Shown: positions 10,988-21,511, numbered from the stretch's first letter. The stretch is 64,000 nucleotides of DNA from Chloroflexota bacterium (GCA_963663275.1 OY760183.1:3104001-3168000); one strand, 5' to 3'. Notes: generated by a model not told the origin, from the sequence alone. Translations and numbers: made by a program.

Positions 10988-12070
10988 ATGAGCATTAACC
11001 CTTGCGCCATTAGCTGCAACAACGTTACCAAGCGTTTCGGCGCCGTGGTGGCGGTAGACCGGGTAGACCTCACCGTCGCGCCCGGCGAATTCCTCGGCCT
11101 GCTGGGACCCAGCGGGTGCGGCAAGACGACCTTCCTCCGGCTGATCGCCGGTTTCGAAGTGCCCGATACCGGCACGATCGACGTCGGCGACGCGCGCGTC
11201 GCCGGCCCCAAGCGGTGGATTCTGCCGGAACGGCGGCGCGTGGGCATGGTCTTTCAGGACTACGCGCTCTTTCCGCACATGTCGGTGGCGGATAACGTGG
11301 CCTACGGCGTGCGCAAGTGGCCCGACAAACGCGAACGGGTCGGCCGGGCATTGCGCCTCGTCGGCCTGGAGAGCCTGCGCCAGCGGATGCCGGGCGAACT
11401 TTCCGGCGGACAGCAGCAGCGCGTCGCCCTGGCCCGCGCGCTGGCGCCGGGACCCGACGTAATCCTGCTGGACGAGCCGTTTTCCAATCTGGACGTAGCC
11501 CTGCGCGCGCGCATCCGCGCCGAGACGCGCGAAATCCTGGCGCGGGCCAATGCGACGGTCATATTCGTGACCCACGACCAGGAAGAGGCGCTCAGCCTCG
11601 CCGATCGGGTGGCCGTGATGTGGGGCGGACGCATCGCCCAGGTGGGCGCGCCGGAGGAACTCTACCGCAAGCCCACCTCCCGGGAAGTGGCCGAGTTCGT
11701 GGGCGGCGCGAACTTCCTCGATGCCCACGCCGTCAACGGCCACGTGGAGTGCGCCCTCGGCCGCTTCGCGCTGAACGGACACGACAACGGCGCGGACGCC
11801 TCGGTCTCGCGCTTCGCCCACAACGGCGAACTCGAACTTATGTTTCGACCGGAGGACATCGCCCTGAGCGCGGCCCCGGACGGGGCGTCGCAGGTGGTGG
11901 ACGCCACCTTCTACGGCCACGACAGCACGGTGACGATTCGCCTGGAAAGCGGCGAACACGTCCAGGTGCGCCTGCTGGGCGCGCCGCTGGCGCCGGGCAC
12001 CCGCGTCCACTGCCAAGTCACGGCTGAACCGCGCACCTTCACGCGCCACCCCCAGGCGGCGTCTGCGTAA
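10988..12070 (+). CDS. fbpC: Fe3+ ABC transporter ATP-binding protein
   Basis: GPSGCGKT, LSGGQQQR, LLDEPF, C-terminal TOBE-like region. Confidence 0.88.
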   Translation: MSINPCAISCNNVTKRFGAVVAVDRVDLTVAPGEFLGLLGPSGCGKTTFLRLIAGFEVPDTGTIDVGDARVAGPKRWILPERRRVGMVFQDYALFPHMSVADNVAYGVRKWPDKRERVGRALRLVGLESLRQRMPGELSGGQQQRVALARALAPGPDVILLDEPFSNLDVALRARIRAETREILARANATVIFVTHDQEEALSLADRVAVMWGGRIAQVGAPEELYRKPTSREVAEFVGGANFLDAHAVNGHVECALGRFALNGHDNGADASVSRFAHNGELELMFRPEDIALSAAPDGASQVVDATFYGHDSTVTIRLESGEHVQVRLLGAPLAPGTRVHCQVTAEPRTFTRHPQAASA

Positions 12071-12142
12071 TTCCGCCCGGCGCGGTATAGTGTGCATGTC
12101 TGGTGTTCGCCTGAGCGTCTGTCAGGAACCCTCTACCGGCCC

Positions 12143-13300
12143 ATGCCTATCTACGACTGCGCCGCACTGCGCGAAGCGATTCCGCTTCTCAAAGACCGCA
12201 CGTACCTCAACACCGGCACGGAAGGCGTGCTGGCCGAACCGGTCCTGGCAGAGTACCAGGCGGCCATCGCCCGCCAAGAGCGCGAAGGCCACGCTGCGCT
12301 GGGGTGGCGTTACGCCGAACTGGAACGCGCCCGCGAAGCGGTCGCGCGTCTGCTGCGCGCCCAACCCGACACCGTCGCCTTCACTCGCAACGCCACCGAC
12401 GGACACAACATCGTGCTACAGGGTCTGCGCTGGCGGCCCGGCGACGAACTGCTGATTTCCGACCAGGAGCATCCCGCCTTGACCCATCCGGCCGCCTATC
12501 TTGCGGACCGGGGCGGGCCGGCGGTGCGCGTCTTCACCATCGCGGCCGATGCCCAGGCCACGCTGGAGAACGTCCGCGCGGCCCTGAGCCCGCGCACACG
12601 CCTCATCGCCTTCAGCCACGTGAGTTGCGAAAGTGGCATCCGCCTGCCGGCCGCGGAAATCTGCCAACTTGCCCACGAGCGGGGCGCGCGGGCGCTGCTG
12701 GACGGCGCGCAGTCGCTGGGCGCGGTGCCCCTCGACCTGCCGGCCATCGGGTGCGACTTCTTCGTCAGCAACGGGCACAAATGGCTCTGCGGCCCCAAGG
12801 AGACCGGCATCCTCTACGCGCGGCCCGACCGGCTCGAATCCCTTACGCTACGGGCGGTTGGGGCCGGCACGTTCGCCGACTTCAGGCGGCGCGGTGAAGA
12901 CTTCGACTTTCGTCTGCATCCGTCCGCCCGCCGTTTCGAGTTCGGCACGCGCAACCACGCCGCGCTCGTCGGCCTGCGGAGCGCAATCGCGTGGCTTGAA
13001 CGCTTGGGCTTCGCCAACGTCTACGCGCACGTGCGCGACACGGCCCGCCTCGGGCGCGAGATGCTCGCCTCGACCCCCGGCGTGGAGGCGCTCACCCCGC
13101 GATCCGCGGCGGACTCGGCGGGTCTCATTACGTTCAACCTGCCGGGCAAGGATCCGGCGGCGATCGCCCGAACTCTCTGGCGCGAAGGCATCATCACGCG
13201 CCACACCACCACGCCGCCCGGCGTCCGCGCCTCGGCCGCTTATTTCAACACCGAGCGGGACTTCGCGCGGCTGGCGGCGGCGCTGCGGGCAATCGCGTGA
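12143..13300 (+). CDS. Aminotransferase class V-fold PLP enzyme (cysteine desulfurase/isopenicillin-N epimerase-like)
   Basis: YLNTG, SDQEHP, DGAQS, NGHKWLCGP, RFEFGT. Confidence 0.85.
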   Translation: MPIYDCAALREAIPLLKDRTYLNTGTEGVLAEPVLAEYQAAIARQEREGHAALGWRYAELERAREAVARLLRAQPDTVAFTRNATDGHNIVLQGLRWRPGDELLISDQEHPALTHPAAYLADRGGPAVRVFTIAADAQATLENVRAALSPRTRLIAFSHVSCESGIRLPAAEICQLAHERGARALLDGAQSLGAVPLDLPAIGCDFFVSNGHKWLCGPKETGILYARPDRLESLTLRAVGAGTFADFRRRGEDFDFRLHPSARRFEFGTRNHAALVGLRSAIAWLERLGFANVYAHVRDTARLGREMLASTPGVEALTPRSAADSAGLITFNLPGKDPAAIARTLWREGIITRHTTTPPGVRASAAYFNTERDFARLAAALRAIA

Positions 13301-13331
13301 GAGCAGCCATCGAGGGAGCCTTCTTCCGCCC

Positions 13332-14531
13332 ATGACGACCAACCGGCGCGGCGTGCGCGTTCTCGTAACCGGCGGCGGCTCCGGCGGCCACGTGACGCCC
13401 GCCCTCGCCACCATTGACGCCATCACGGCGCTTGCCGAACGCGACGGCGCGTGGACGCCCACGTTTCTCTACGCCGGCAGCCACCGGGGAATCGAACGCC
13501 AGATGGCCCAGGCCGCCGGGTTGCCCTTCAAGGCAATCGCGACCGGCAAACTCCGCCGCTCGCACCGTCTGCTCGGCCACCTCACCTGGCGCAATCTGCT
13601 CGACGCGCTGCGGCTGCCGTGGGGCGTATTACAGGCGCTCGCGCTGGTGCTGCGCTTCCGTCCCCACGTGGTGCTGAGCACGGGCGGCTTCGTCTGCGTG
13701 CCCCCGGTGCTTGCCGCCTGGCTGCTGCGCGCGCCGGTGATCACGCATGAACAGACCGTGCAGATGGGTCTGGCAAACCGCATCGCCTCCCGCTTTGCGC
13801 GCCGCATCGCCCTCACGTATGAGTCCGCGCGTGACGACCTGCCCGCGGGACTACGGCCCAGGGCTTTCGTAACCGGCAATCCGGTGCGCCCGGTCATCTT
13901 CAACGGCCAGCGCGCGGCGGCGCTCGCGCTTGCCGGTTTTGCGGGAGACGACGCGCTGCCGACCCTGTACGTGACCGGTGGCGCACAGGGTGCGCAACCC
14001 GTCAACCGCGCCGTGGCGGAGGCGTTGCCCGCGCTGCTCGCCGCCTGCCGCGTTATCCACCAGTGCGGCCGCCAGGCAACGGCTGAAATGTCCGAACTTG
14101 AACGCCTGCAAGCGTTGCGGGCATCATTGCCAGGCCCTCTGCAAGCGCGCTACCACGTGATCGATTTCGTGGCGGACGAAATCGGAGACATCTATGCGCT
14201 GGCGGACGTCGTCGTAAGCCGCTCCGGCGCGGGCACGCTGGCGGAACTCTTCGCGCTCGGCAAACCGGCGATCCTCATTCCGCTGGTGCCGACCGGCGGC
14301 GACGAACAGCGGCGCAACGCCCGGCACGCCCAGCAAGCGGGGGCGGCTACCATTATCGAGCAGGCGGACTTGACCGGGGATGTCTTATGTAAAGAAGTGC
14401 GCAAACTTCTCGCAAACCAACCGCAGCAGGATGCAATGGCGCGCGCCGCACAAGACCTCGCGCAGCCCGATGCCGCCCACCGCCTGGCGGAATGCGTCAT
14501 AGCCATAGCAACACAGGACAGGCAACGATGA
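13332..14531 (+). CDS. murG: Undecaprenyl-PP-MurNAc-pentapeptide GlcNAc transferase
   Basis: GGGSGGH, STGGF, HEQ, TGNPVR, GGAQGA, SRSG, EQRRNA. Confidence 0.92.
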   Translation: MTTNRRGVRVLVTGGGSGGHVTPALATIDAITALAERDGAWTPTFLYAGSHRGIERQMAQAAGLPFKAIATGKLRRSHRLLGHLTWRNLLDALRLPWGVLQALALVLRFRPHVVLSTGGFVCVPPVLAAWLLRAPVITHEQTVQMGLANRIASRFARRIALTYESARDDLPAGLRPRAFVTGNPVRPVIFNGQRAAALALAGFAGDDALPTLYVTGGAQGAQPVNRAVAEALPALLAACRVIHQCGRQATAEMSELERLQALRASLPGPLQARYHVIDFVADEIGDIYALADVVVSRSGAGTLAELFALGKPAILIPLVPTGGDEQRRNARHAQQAGAATIIEQADLTGDVLCKEVRKLLANQPQQDAMARAAQDLAQPDAAHRLAECVIAIATQDRQR

Positions 14532-14612
14532 CATGCATCTTCATCGTCCCAAAAACAGCCGGCGCGGAGCCCGTCAGGCCATGAAAGCAGACCGCAGCGT
14601 GTCCGTCACTCC

Positions 14613-14868
14613 TGTAAGTGTCAGGTAATTCATTGACGGATATTGTAGTCGAATTGAGGTGACTTCAGTTCGGCTCACTGCTCGTCCACATGTCATTCCA
14701 AACGGAGCGCAGCGGAGTGTCGAACCCTGTTCGCGGAATCTACAGTGCTGAGCCAATCAGACTTCGCGTAGCATGGACTCTACATTCCTCGCTGCGCTCG
14801 GAATGACAGTAATGATCAACTCTTCCTCCTGGTGGGGGATTCTGTCAACGAATTACCCAACACTTACA
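14613..14868. mobile_element. MITE family C (256 bp, TGT..ACA ends)
   Basis: ~28-bp imperfect TIR TGTAAGTGTCAGGTAATTCATTGACGGA / TCTGTCAACGAATTACCCAACACTTACA; flanks ACTCC / ATTCC. Confidence 0.72.
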
Positions 14869-15179
14869 ATTCCCGCGCACACGGGAATCCATCCGCTCCT
14901 CATGCCCGAGACACCCGCGATCGCGGGACTCCATCCGCGTAGGGGCGGTTCGCGAACCGCCCCTACCGGTAGCGCAGGTTTGTAACCTGCGTCTGCTCTC
15001 TCCGGTAGCGTAGGTTTGTAACCTGCGCACGCTGTCGTACTTCTTACACACCGGCGCACAATAACCCATCCCCGTACGGGCCGTTCGCGAACCGCCCCTA
15101 CCGGTAGCGTAGGTTTGCAACCTGCGTCTGCTGTCGTCATACCAACGCAAACGGGAATCCGGCGGCGGGGGACAAGCCC
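14869..15179. repeat. Mosaic (BIME-like) cluster of GTAG-type and GTCATTCCC-type REP palindromes
   Basis: GTAGGGGCGGTTCGCGAACCGCCCCTAC-type x2; GGTAGCGYAGGTTTGYAACCTGCG x3; ATTCCCGCG..GGGAATCC. Confidence 0.8.
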
Positions 15180-15341
15180 CAATACTGTCGCATTAACGTA
15201 GCGCGGGGGCTTGTCCCCCGCCGGAATAAGAGAAATGCTAACGAAATGGATTGACCCTACGGAAGACGCAGGTTACAAACCTGCGCTACCAGAGAAACGG
15301 GCGTAGTTTTCACTCTCATTGTGTTTAATGCGACAGCATTG
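15180..15341. mobile_element. MITE family B copy 1 (162 bp)
   Basis: TIR CAATACTGTCGCATTAA / TTAATGCGACAGCATTG; perfect 11-bp direct repeat GGGACAAGCCC. Confidence 0.85.
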
Positions 15342-15399
15342 GGGACAAGCCCCCGCGCTACGTTTGCTCGGGGGTGAAACGCGGGGCCGCCGCCCTTTG

Positions 15400-15948
15400 T
15401 CACTCTTCGCTCACCTTATAGATGCTGAACATCGAATCCCCATGCTGGCGGCGGCGCAGCAAGCGCAGCCTGCCCCACTGCTCGGCGGGTAGGTTCTTCT
15501 TCCAATGTCCCACCACGACGATCGTCTCTTCCTGGACTGCGCGCGAATCGGCCAGCGCCGGCAGCCAGTCGTCATGCGCGACGGTATGGTAGGGCGGATC
15601 CGCCAACACCAGGTCGTACGGCTCCCGCAAGCGCGCCAGCGCACCCGGCACGCGCGCCTGGATCACCCGCGCCCGGCCGTGCAGAGACGCCGCGCGCAGG
15701 TTTTCGCGAATTACGCGGCAGGCGGCCGGCAGCGCGTCGACGAAATCGCACCGGTCGGCGCCCCGGCTCAACGACTCGATGCCCAGCGCCCCCGTGCCCG
15801 CGAATAGCTCCAGCACGCGGCCTTCTCCCCCGCGCTCTCCCAGCGAGTTGAAGATGGCCTGCTTTACTTTGTCGAGCGTCGGCCGCACCAAGTCGGTCTT
15901 CGGCGCGCGCAAGCGTCGTCCGGCCGCCGTTCCGCTGATGATTCTCAT
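15400..15948 (-). CDS. rsmD: 16S rRNA (guanine966-N2)-methyltransferase
   Basis: MRIISG, RPT, LFAGTGALG, DPPY. Confidence 0.93.
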   Translation of the reverse strand: MRIISGTAAGRRLRAPKTDLVRPTLDKVKQAIFNSLGERGGEGRVLELFAGTGALGIESLSRGADRCDFVDALPAACRVIRENLRAASLHGRARVIQARVPGALARLREPYDLVLADPPYHTVAHDDWLPALADSRAVQEETIVVVGHWKKNLPAEQWGRLRLLRRRQHGDSMFSIYKVSEE

Positions 15949-16037
15949 GCTCGTTCTTCCACTTAAGTGCCCTGCCTGGGATGGGGTTTGCTTTTCGCGC
16001 CAAGCCCGTTCACACGCATTGCCTATGCGGTCATGCT

Positions 16038-16721
16038 CTAAATCGAGATATGCGGATAGTTCTTGTAGAGCAAGTCGATCTGCACGCACAAACGGTAGAA
16101 ATAGCGGTCCGCACGGGGTTGCAGAACAAAGTCATCCGCGCGAATTCGCTGCTCCGCCAGCCACGCTTCGTTGGGGTGACAGCGCTGGTTGCAGAGCGAC
16201 TTGGCCGTAATGAAAGCACGCCTTCCCGTAAAGAGCTCAAGCGCGTTTGGAACCGGAATCTCTACCAGGGCTGAAACCTCGGCCGGGTTCGGCGTGAACG
16301 CGGTGAGCGGCAGGCTGGTCCGATGCAGGAAGACATACTGCACCTCGTAGTCGCGCACGCCGGGCTCCACGTCGCTCGCCGCCTGGCGCACCCCCAGCGG
16401 CAAGAGGTCGCGCATGGCAAGGGTAAGGCCAATCTCCTCTTCCGATTCGCGCAGCGCCTCCTCCACGGACTCACCCGCCGCCAAGTGTCCGCCCACCGTC
16501 GCGTCCAGTTTGCCCGGCGACGTATCCTTGCTCTCCGATCGCCGCTGAAAGACCACGTAGGGCGTGCCGCCGGCGTCCTGCCCCACCACCCAGCAGTGGA
16601 TTGACCGGTGCCAATCGCCGTCCCGGTGCACGTCCGCGCGGCGCTTGCGCAGCCCCAGCGGACGCCCCAGCGAATCGCACACGTCGAAGAGTTCATCCGC
16701 GTCGGTATAGGAATCGCTCAT
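16038..16721 (-). CDS. NUDIX hydrolase (IPP isomerase-like)
   Basis: VHRDGDWHR, GGHLAAGES..ALRESEEEIG Nudix box. Confidence 0.85.
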   Translation of the reverse strand: MSDSYTDADELFDVCDSLGRPLGLRKRRADVHRDGDWHRSIHCWVVGQDAGGTPYVVFQRRSESKDTSPGKLDATVGGHLAAGESVEEALRESEEEIGLTLAMRDLLPLGVRQAASDVEPGVRDYEVQYVFLHRTSLPLTAFTPNPAEVSALVEIPVPNALELFTGRRAFITAKSLCNQRCHPNEAWLAEQRIRADDFVLQPRADRYFYRLCVQIDLLYKNYPHISI

Positions 16722-19222
16722 GAAAGCTCGCTCTCCACCTGCCAGAAGTCCTGCACCCGCTCGGCAAGTCCCGCGTGTTGCGGCGCGCTCAGCAACGGGT
16801 CGGCGGCGAACAGCGCCTTGGCTTCCTTCCGCGCCAGTTCCAGCGTCGCCAGATCGGAAAGTTTGGCCACCTTGAGCGCCGGCAGCCCCGCCTGGCGCGT
16901 GCCGAAGAACTCGCCCGGCCCGCGCAGCATCAGGTCTTTTTCCGCCAGCGCGAACCCGTCGCGCTGCTCTTCCAGAATGCGCAGGCGTTCATTTTCCTCC
17001 GCATTGGCCGAATCCGACAGCAGCAGGCAGTACGACTTATGCTCGCCGCGTCCCACCCGGCCGCGGAATTGGTGCAACTGCGCCAGGCCGAAACGCTCGG
17101 CGCTCTCGATCATCATCACCGTGGCGTTGGGCACGTCTATGCCGACCTCCACCACCGGCGTGCTCACCAGTATGTCGGTCTCGCCGGCCGCGAAGGCGCG
17201 CATGACCTTCTCCTTCTGCCGGCTCGTCAGCCGCCCGTGGAGCAAGTCCACCGTGAGTTGCGGAAAGACCTCCTCTTGCAGGCGCTTGAATTCGCCCTTG
17301 GCGGCGCGCACCTCCAGGGTTTCGGACTCTTCGATGAGCGGAAAGATGATGAACGCCTGGCGTCCTTGCGCGATCTGTTCCGCCACGAATCCATACGCCG
17401 CGCCGCGTTTCTCCACCGGTACCCAGCGGGTACTGATGGGCAAGCGCCCGCCCGGCAGTTCGCGTATGGTCGAAACGTCCAGGTCGCCGTAGAGAGTCAG
17501 CGCCAGCGAGCGCGGTATCGGCGTAGCCGTCATCACCAGCACGTGGGGATTGCGGCCCTTGCGCCGCAGCACACCCCGCTGGCGCACGCCGAAACGGTGC
17601 TGCTCGTCCACCACCGCCAGGCCCAGGTCGCCAAAGTGCACGTCGTCTTGGATGACGGCGTGGGTGCCCACCAGCAGTTGCAGCGCGCCGGCTTCCAGGT
17701 CCGCCAGAATCTGGCGGCGCTCCTTCTTGCGCGTGCTGCCGGTCAGCAAGGCGCAGCGCGCGCCGAACGGCTCCAGGAAACTCTCGAAGGTGCGAATGTG
17801 CTGTTCCGCCAGCACCTCCGTCGGCGCCATCACCACCGTTTGCAAGCCGTGCTTTGCCATGTGCAGCGCCGCCGCCGCCGCGACCACCGTCTTGCCCGAG
17901 CCCACGTCGCCCTGCAACAGGCGGTTCATCGCCGCCGGTTTGCTCACGTCGTCCAGGATTTCGCTTAGCGCCTCTTGCTGGCCGGGCGTCAGCGCGAAGG
18001 GCAGCGACTCCAGGAAGTCGCGGGTTACGGCGGGGTCAACCGCAACCGGCACGCCGGGTTGATCGAGTTGCCACTCCCGGCGGCGCAGCAACGCCCCAAG
18101 CTGGATGAAGAAGAACTCGTCGAAGGCCAGCCGCTGCACCGCCCGCAGACGCTGCCGCTCGTTATCCGGAAAGTGCAACTGGCTCAGCGCCTCTTGCGCG
18201 CCCATGAGCGTGTTGCGCCGCAGGATCTCCGCCGGCACCACCTCGGCTACCCCGTGCAGCGCCAGGTCGAGGGCGGAACGCACCCAGCGGCGCATCCACT
18301 TGGCCGAAAGCTTGGCCGTCAGCGGATAGACCGGCGCCAGGCGGCCCACGTGCAGCCCTTTCTCCGGGCTTTCGGCAAACTCATACTCCGGCGAGCGCAT
18401 CTCCAGACCGGAACGGCTGATGGAGACGGTACCCGCCACCGTGACGCGCCGCTTGTTCGCCAGGGCGGGCTGCAAGAATGGTTGGTTGAACCAGACCGCC
18501 TTGATGTAGCCCGTCTTGTCCGCCAGGGCCGCCTCGGTGATTGTCATGCGGCCCTGGGTAACGCGCCGGTTTTCCACCTGCATCACGTTGGCTTCGATCG
18601 TCACCTCTTCCCCGGGCTTGAGGTCGGCAATCGTCTTGATGCGGCTGCGGTCGATGTGCCGGTGCGGAAAGTGGTGGATGAGGTCGTCCAGCGTCGTGAG
18701 GCCGAGCTTTTCCAGCCGCTTGGCGTCCTCCGCCTTCAACATGGGGATGACGGTGAGCGGGGAATCGAGACTGGCGCGCGGCGCTTTGGCGCGCCGCTGG
18801 CGCGCGCGCGGTTTCTCCGCCGCCGGTTTCGAGGGGGCCGCGCGCGGAGGCTTGTCCGGTGTTTGCCCGGGGGTCGAACGAGAAGGCTTTGCCGGTGTTT
18901 GCGCGGGAGTCGCGCCCGGCTGCCGGTTTCTTGACTCGCGCTGCGCGGTGGCGGCAGGCGCCGCGCCGCCGCCGAGGATCTGCAGCGCGTTCTTCACGCG
19001 CCCGGCCCGCGCCGCCGGGTCGAGTTCGTGATAGCCCTTCAGCGCGCGCCCAATCTCGCTGAGGCTGCCGGCCTGTGCCGCGCCGCCGCTCTCCGCTTCC
19101 CAACTGGAGAGAAACCGCTCCAGGCCGCCAATCACCGCGCCGTCGTCATATCCCCGCCGCGCCTCTTGCCGCAGAATGCGGCGCAGGGTCTCGCTGCGGT
19201 CGCGCGGTTCGGAGCGGAGCAT
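16718..19222 (-). CDS. recG: ATP-dependent DNA helicase RecG
   Basis: GDVGSGKT, DEQHRFG, TATPIPR, QLHQFRGRVGRG; Pro/Ala-rich N-terminal linker. Confidence 0.96.
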   Translation of the reverse strand: MLRSEPRDRSETLRRILRQEARRGYDDGAVIGGLERFLSSWEAESGGAAQAGSLSEIGRALKGYHELDPAARAGRVKNALQILGGGAAPAATAQRESRNRQPGATPAQTPAKPSRSTPGQTPDKPPRAAPSKPAAEKPRARQRRAKAPRASLDSPLTVIPMLKAEDAKRLEKLGLTTLDDLIHHFPHRHIDRSRIKTIADLKPGEEVTIEANVMQVENRRVTQGRMTITEAALADKTGYIKAVWFNQPFLQPALANKRRVTVAGTVSISRSGLEMRSPEYEFAESPEKGLHVGRLAPVYPLTAKLSAKWMRRWVRSALDLALHGVAEVVPAEILRRNTLMGAQEALSQLHFPDNERQRLRAVQRLAFDEFFFIQLGALLRRREWQLDQPGVPVAVDPAVTRDFLESLPFALTPGQQEALSEILDDVSKPAAMNRLLQGDVGSGKTVVAAAAALHMAKHGLQTVVMAPTEVLAEQHIRTFESFLEPFGARCALLTGSTRKKERRQILADLEAGALQLLVGTHAVIQDDVHFGDLGLAVVDEQHRFGVRQRGVLRRKGRNPHVLVMTATPIPRSLALTLYGDLDVSTIRELPGGRLPISTRWVPVEKRGAAYGFVAEQIAQGRQAFIIFPLIEESETLEVRAAKGEFKRLQEEVFPQLTVDLLHGRLTSRQKEKVMRAFAAGETDILVSTPVVEVGIDVPNATVMMIESAERFGLAQLHQFRGRVGRGEHKSYCLLLSDSANAEENERLRILEEQRDGFALAEKDLMLRGPGEFFGTRQAGLPALKVAKLSDLATLELARKEAKALFAADPLLSAPQHAGLAERVQDFWQVESELS

Positions 19223-19228
19223 AGCGCC

Positions 19229-21016
19229 TCATTCAAGCGTCAGCAGGTAGGGATAGTGCGGCTGGCCGCCGGCGATAACCTCGACTTCCAGCGACGGGAA
19301 CTGCTCCCGCAGCCCGTCGGCAACGGTTTCCGCCCCCTCCTCGGTCACGTCGGCGCCGTAGTAGCAGGTGAGCAGTTCGGCGGTCTCCGGCTTCATCCCC
19401 TCGATAACCGCCAACAGCGCGGCCTCCAGACTGTCGTCAGCAGCGCATACCCGGTTGTTCGCCAGCGCCAGCCACTGCCCTTGCGCCACGGCCACGCCGT
19501 CCACGGTGGCGTCGCGGGTGGCGAGGGTCACCGCGCCGTACTGCGTGCTCTCGGCCGCGTCCCGCATGGCGGCCGCGTTCTCGTCGGGGTCGCCATCCGC
19601 TTGAAACGCGAAGAGCGCCGCGATGCCCTGCGCCATCGAATACGTCGGCAGCACGTGCACGGCAGTGTCCGTCAAGCCGCGCGCCTGTTCCGCGGAGAGG
19701 ATGACGTTCTTGTCGTTGGGCAGCACGAAGACGTGTCGGGCATTGACGGCCTCGACGGCCCTATGGATCTCCTGGGTGCTGGGGTTCATGGTCGGCCCGC
19801 CGCTCACCACGGTTGCGCCCAATCCCTCGTAGACCTCTCTCAGGCCCGCGCCGTCCGCCACGGCCACCACGCGCTGCTCGCTCAGTTCGCCCAATGCGCT
19901 CTGTCCACCCGGTGCGCCTCCTTCACCCAGCGCAACCCCTTCGCCCCGCGCGCTCCCCTCGCCCAACGCAACACCTCCGCCCTGTCCACCCCGTTCGCCC
20001 TGAGCCTGTCGAAGGGCCGCCGGCGCCTCCACACCCGGCAGGTCTCCGTCCGCCGCCGCCGACTGCATCCGCTCGTGCTGGTCGTCCATGTTGAAGATTT
20101 CGATGCGGTGGAGGTGGCCCGCGCCGCGCGCCAGCGCCAGCACGTCGCCCGGATTTTCCGTGTGCACGTGCACGCGCACCAGGTCCTCGTCGCCGACCAC
20201 CACCACCGAGTCGCCGCGCGCGGCCACGGCGTCGCGCATCGCCATTACGTCCAGTTCCGCGCCGCTGACCAGGAAGCCGGTGCAATAGCCGTAGAGGGTC
20301 TCCGTGACCGCGGCGATCTCCGGCAGCAAGGCCCGTTCGCTGGTGGGCAGCGCCACTTCCTCTACCGGCTCCCCGGCCGCGTAGCGCCGCGCCCCTTCCA
20401 GCAGCAGCCACAGCCCCTGCCCGCCGGCGTCCACCACACCGGCGTCTCGCAGCACGTCCAGCAACTGCGGCGTGCGCGCCACGGAGCGCTCCGCCGCCGC
20501 GACCGCCGTTGCCAACACCGCGTCAATCGGGGCGTCCGGCGCCAGCTCCTCGCAGGCTTCCGCCGTTTCGCGCGCCACCGTGAGCATCGTGCCTTCTTGC
20601 GGCTCCTGCAACGCCGCGTAAGAGGAATCCGAGGCCGCGCGCAGCGCCCGTGTCAAACCGGCCGCGGTGATCTCCGCCGCGCCCGCGAGCGCTTCCGCCA
20701 CCCCGCGCAGGCACTGCGAAAAGATGACGCCGGAATTGCCCCGCGCGCCCATCAACGCGCCGCGATATACCGCTTGCGCCACCTCGCCGGCGTGGTCGCT
20801 GTCGGCCTGCTTGCCGGCCTGCAAGGCGGCTTCCAGCGTGAGCAGCATGTTGGTGCCGGTATCGCCGTCCGGCACCGGAAAGACGTTCAGCCGGTTGATT
20901 TCCTCTTTATTGGCCGCCAGCAGATGGTAGCCGTACTCCAATGCCCCAATCAGGCTGGCGCCGTCGCCGCTCTCTATCGCCGCCTGCGCCTCATGTCCGG
21001 TTGTCGTATCAGCCAC
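19229..21016 (-). CDS. DAK2 domain protein (fatty acid kinase subunit A-like)
   Basis: LNVFPVPDGDTGTNM, GARGNSG, VVDAGG, HVHT, MNPST, GGQPHY. Confidence 0.9.
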   Translation of the reverse strand: MADTTTGHEAQAAIESGDGASLIGALEYGYHLLAANKEEINRLNVFPVPDGDTGTNMLLTLEAALQAGKQADSDHAGEVAQAVYRGALMGARGNSGVIFSQCLRGVAEALAGAAEITAAGLTRALRAASDSSYAALQEPQEGTMLTVARETAEACEELAPDAPIDAVLATAVAAAERSVARTPQLLDVLRDAGVVDAGGQGLWLLLEGARRYAAGEPVEEVALPTSERALLPEIAAVTETLYGYCTGFLVSGAELDVMAMRDAVAARGDSVVVVGDEDLVRVHVHTENPGDVLALARGAGHLHRIEIFNMDDQHERMQSAAADGDLPGVEAPAALRQAQGERGGQGGGVALGEGSARGEGVALGEGGAPGGQSALGELSEQRVVAVADGAGLREVYEGLGATVVSGGPTMNPSTQEIHRAVEAVNARHVFVLPNDKNVILSAEQARGLTDTAVHVLPTYSMAQGIAALFAFQADGDPDENAAAMRDAAESTQYGAVTLATRDATVDGVAVAQGQWLALANNRVCAADDSLEAALLAVIEGMKPETAELLTCYYGADVTEEGAETVADGLREQFPSLEVEVIAGGQPHYPYLLTLE

Positions 21017-21298
21017 GTCGTACACACCTTTGCTTGCATCGCCGGGCCGCTCGCCGCCTGCCCGTTGCCGGGGAAACTGAGGACTCTCTCAATCACTCGT
21101 CTTGAAATCGCCGCCGGCGCTCTTCGCCCACGCCACCGCGCGTTGGCGGGAGAGCCGCAGACGCCGCTACAGCGCCCGGCATTGAGCGCGCGGCCACTTC
21201 TATGCTACCATTGGGCTTGTACTACGCTCAACATTGCGACAGATTGAACGCGCGGTCGAGAAACTCCACCGGCAAAAGATTGAACTGAGGATAGGCTC

Positions 21299-21511
21299 AT
21301 GGCGGTTTGTGAAATATGCGGCAAAGGCGCGCAGGTAGGCCACAATATCCAGCACCAGGCCTCCGGGCAATGGCGCTACCGTGCCCCAAAGACGCGCAAA
21401 GTTTGGAAAGCGAACGTCCAGAAAGTGCGCCTGCTCATCGAGGGCCGGCTCAAGAAGGTCAACATCTGCACCCGCTGCCTCCGCACCCAAGCCAAAGCCC
21501 CCGCGGTCTAG
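21299..21511 (+). CDS. rpmB: 50S ribosomal protein L28
   Basis: CEICGK..KANVQK..CTRCL; divergent from the DAK2 gene. Confidence 0.93.
   Translation: MAVCEICGKGAQVGHNIQHQASGQWRYRAPKTRKVWKANVQKVRLLIEGRLKKVNICTRCLRTQAKAPAV

Noticed and set aside
9947-21247. Long antisense ORFs such as 9947-12097(-) and 19028-21247(+), and similar ones elsewhere
   Set aside because: High-GC shadow frames opposite well-supported genes
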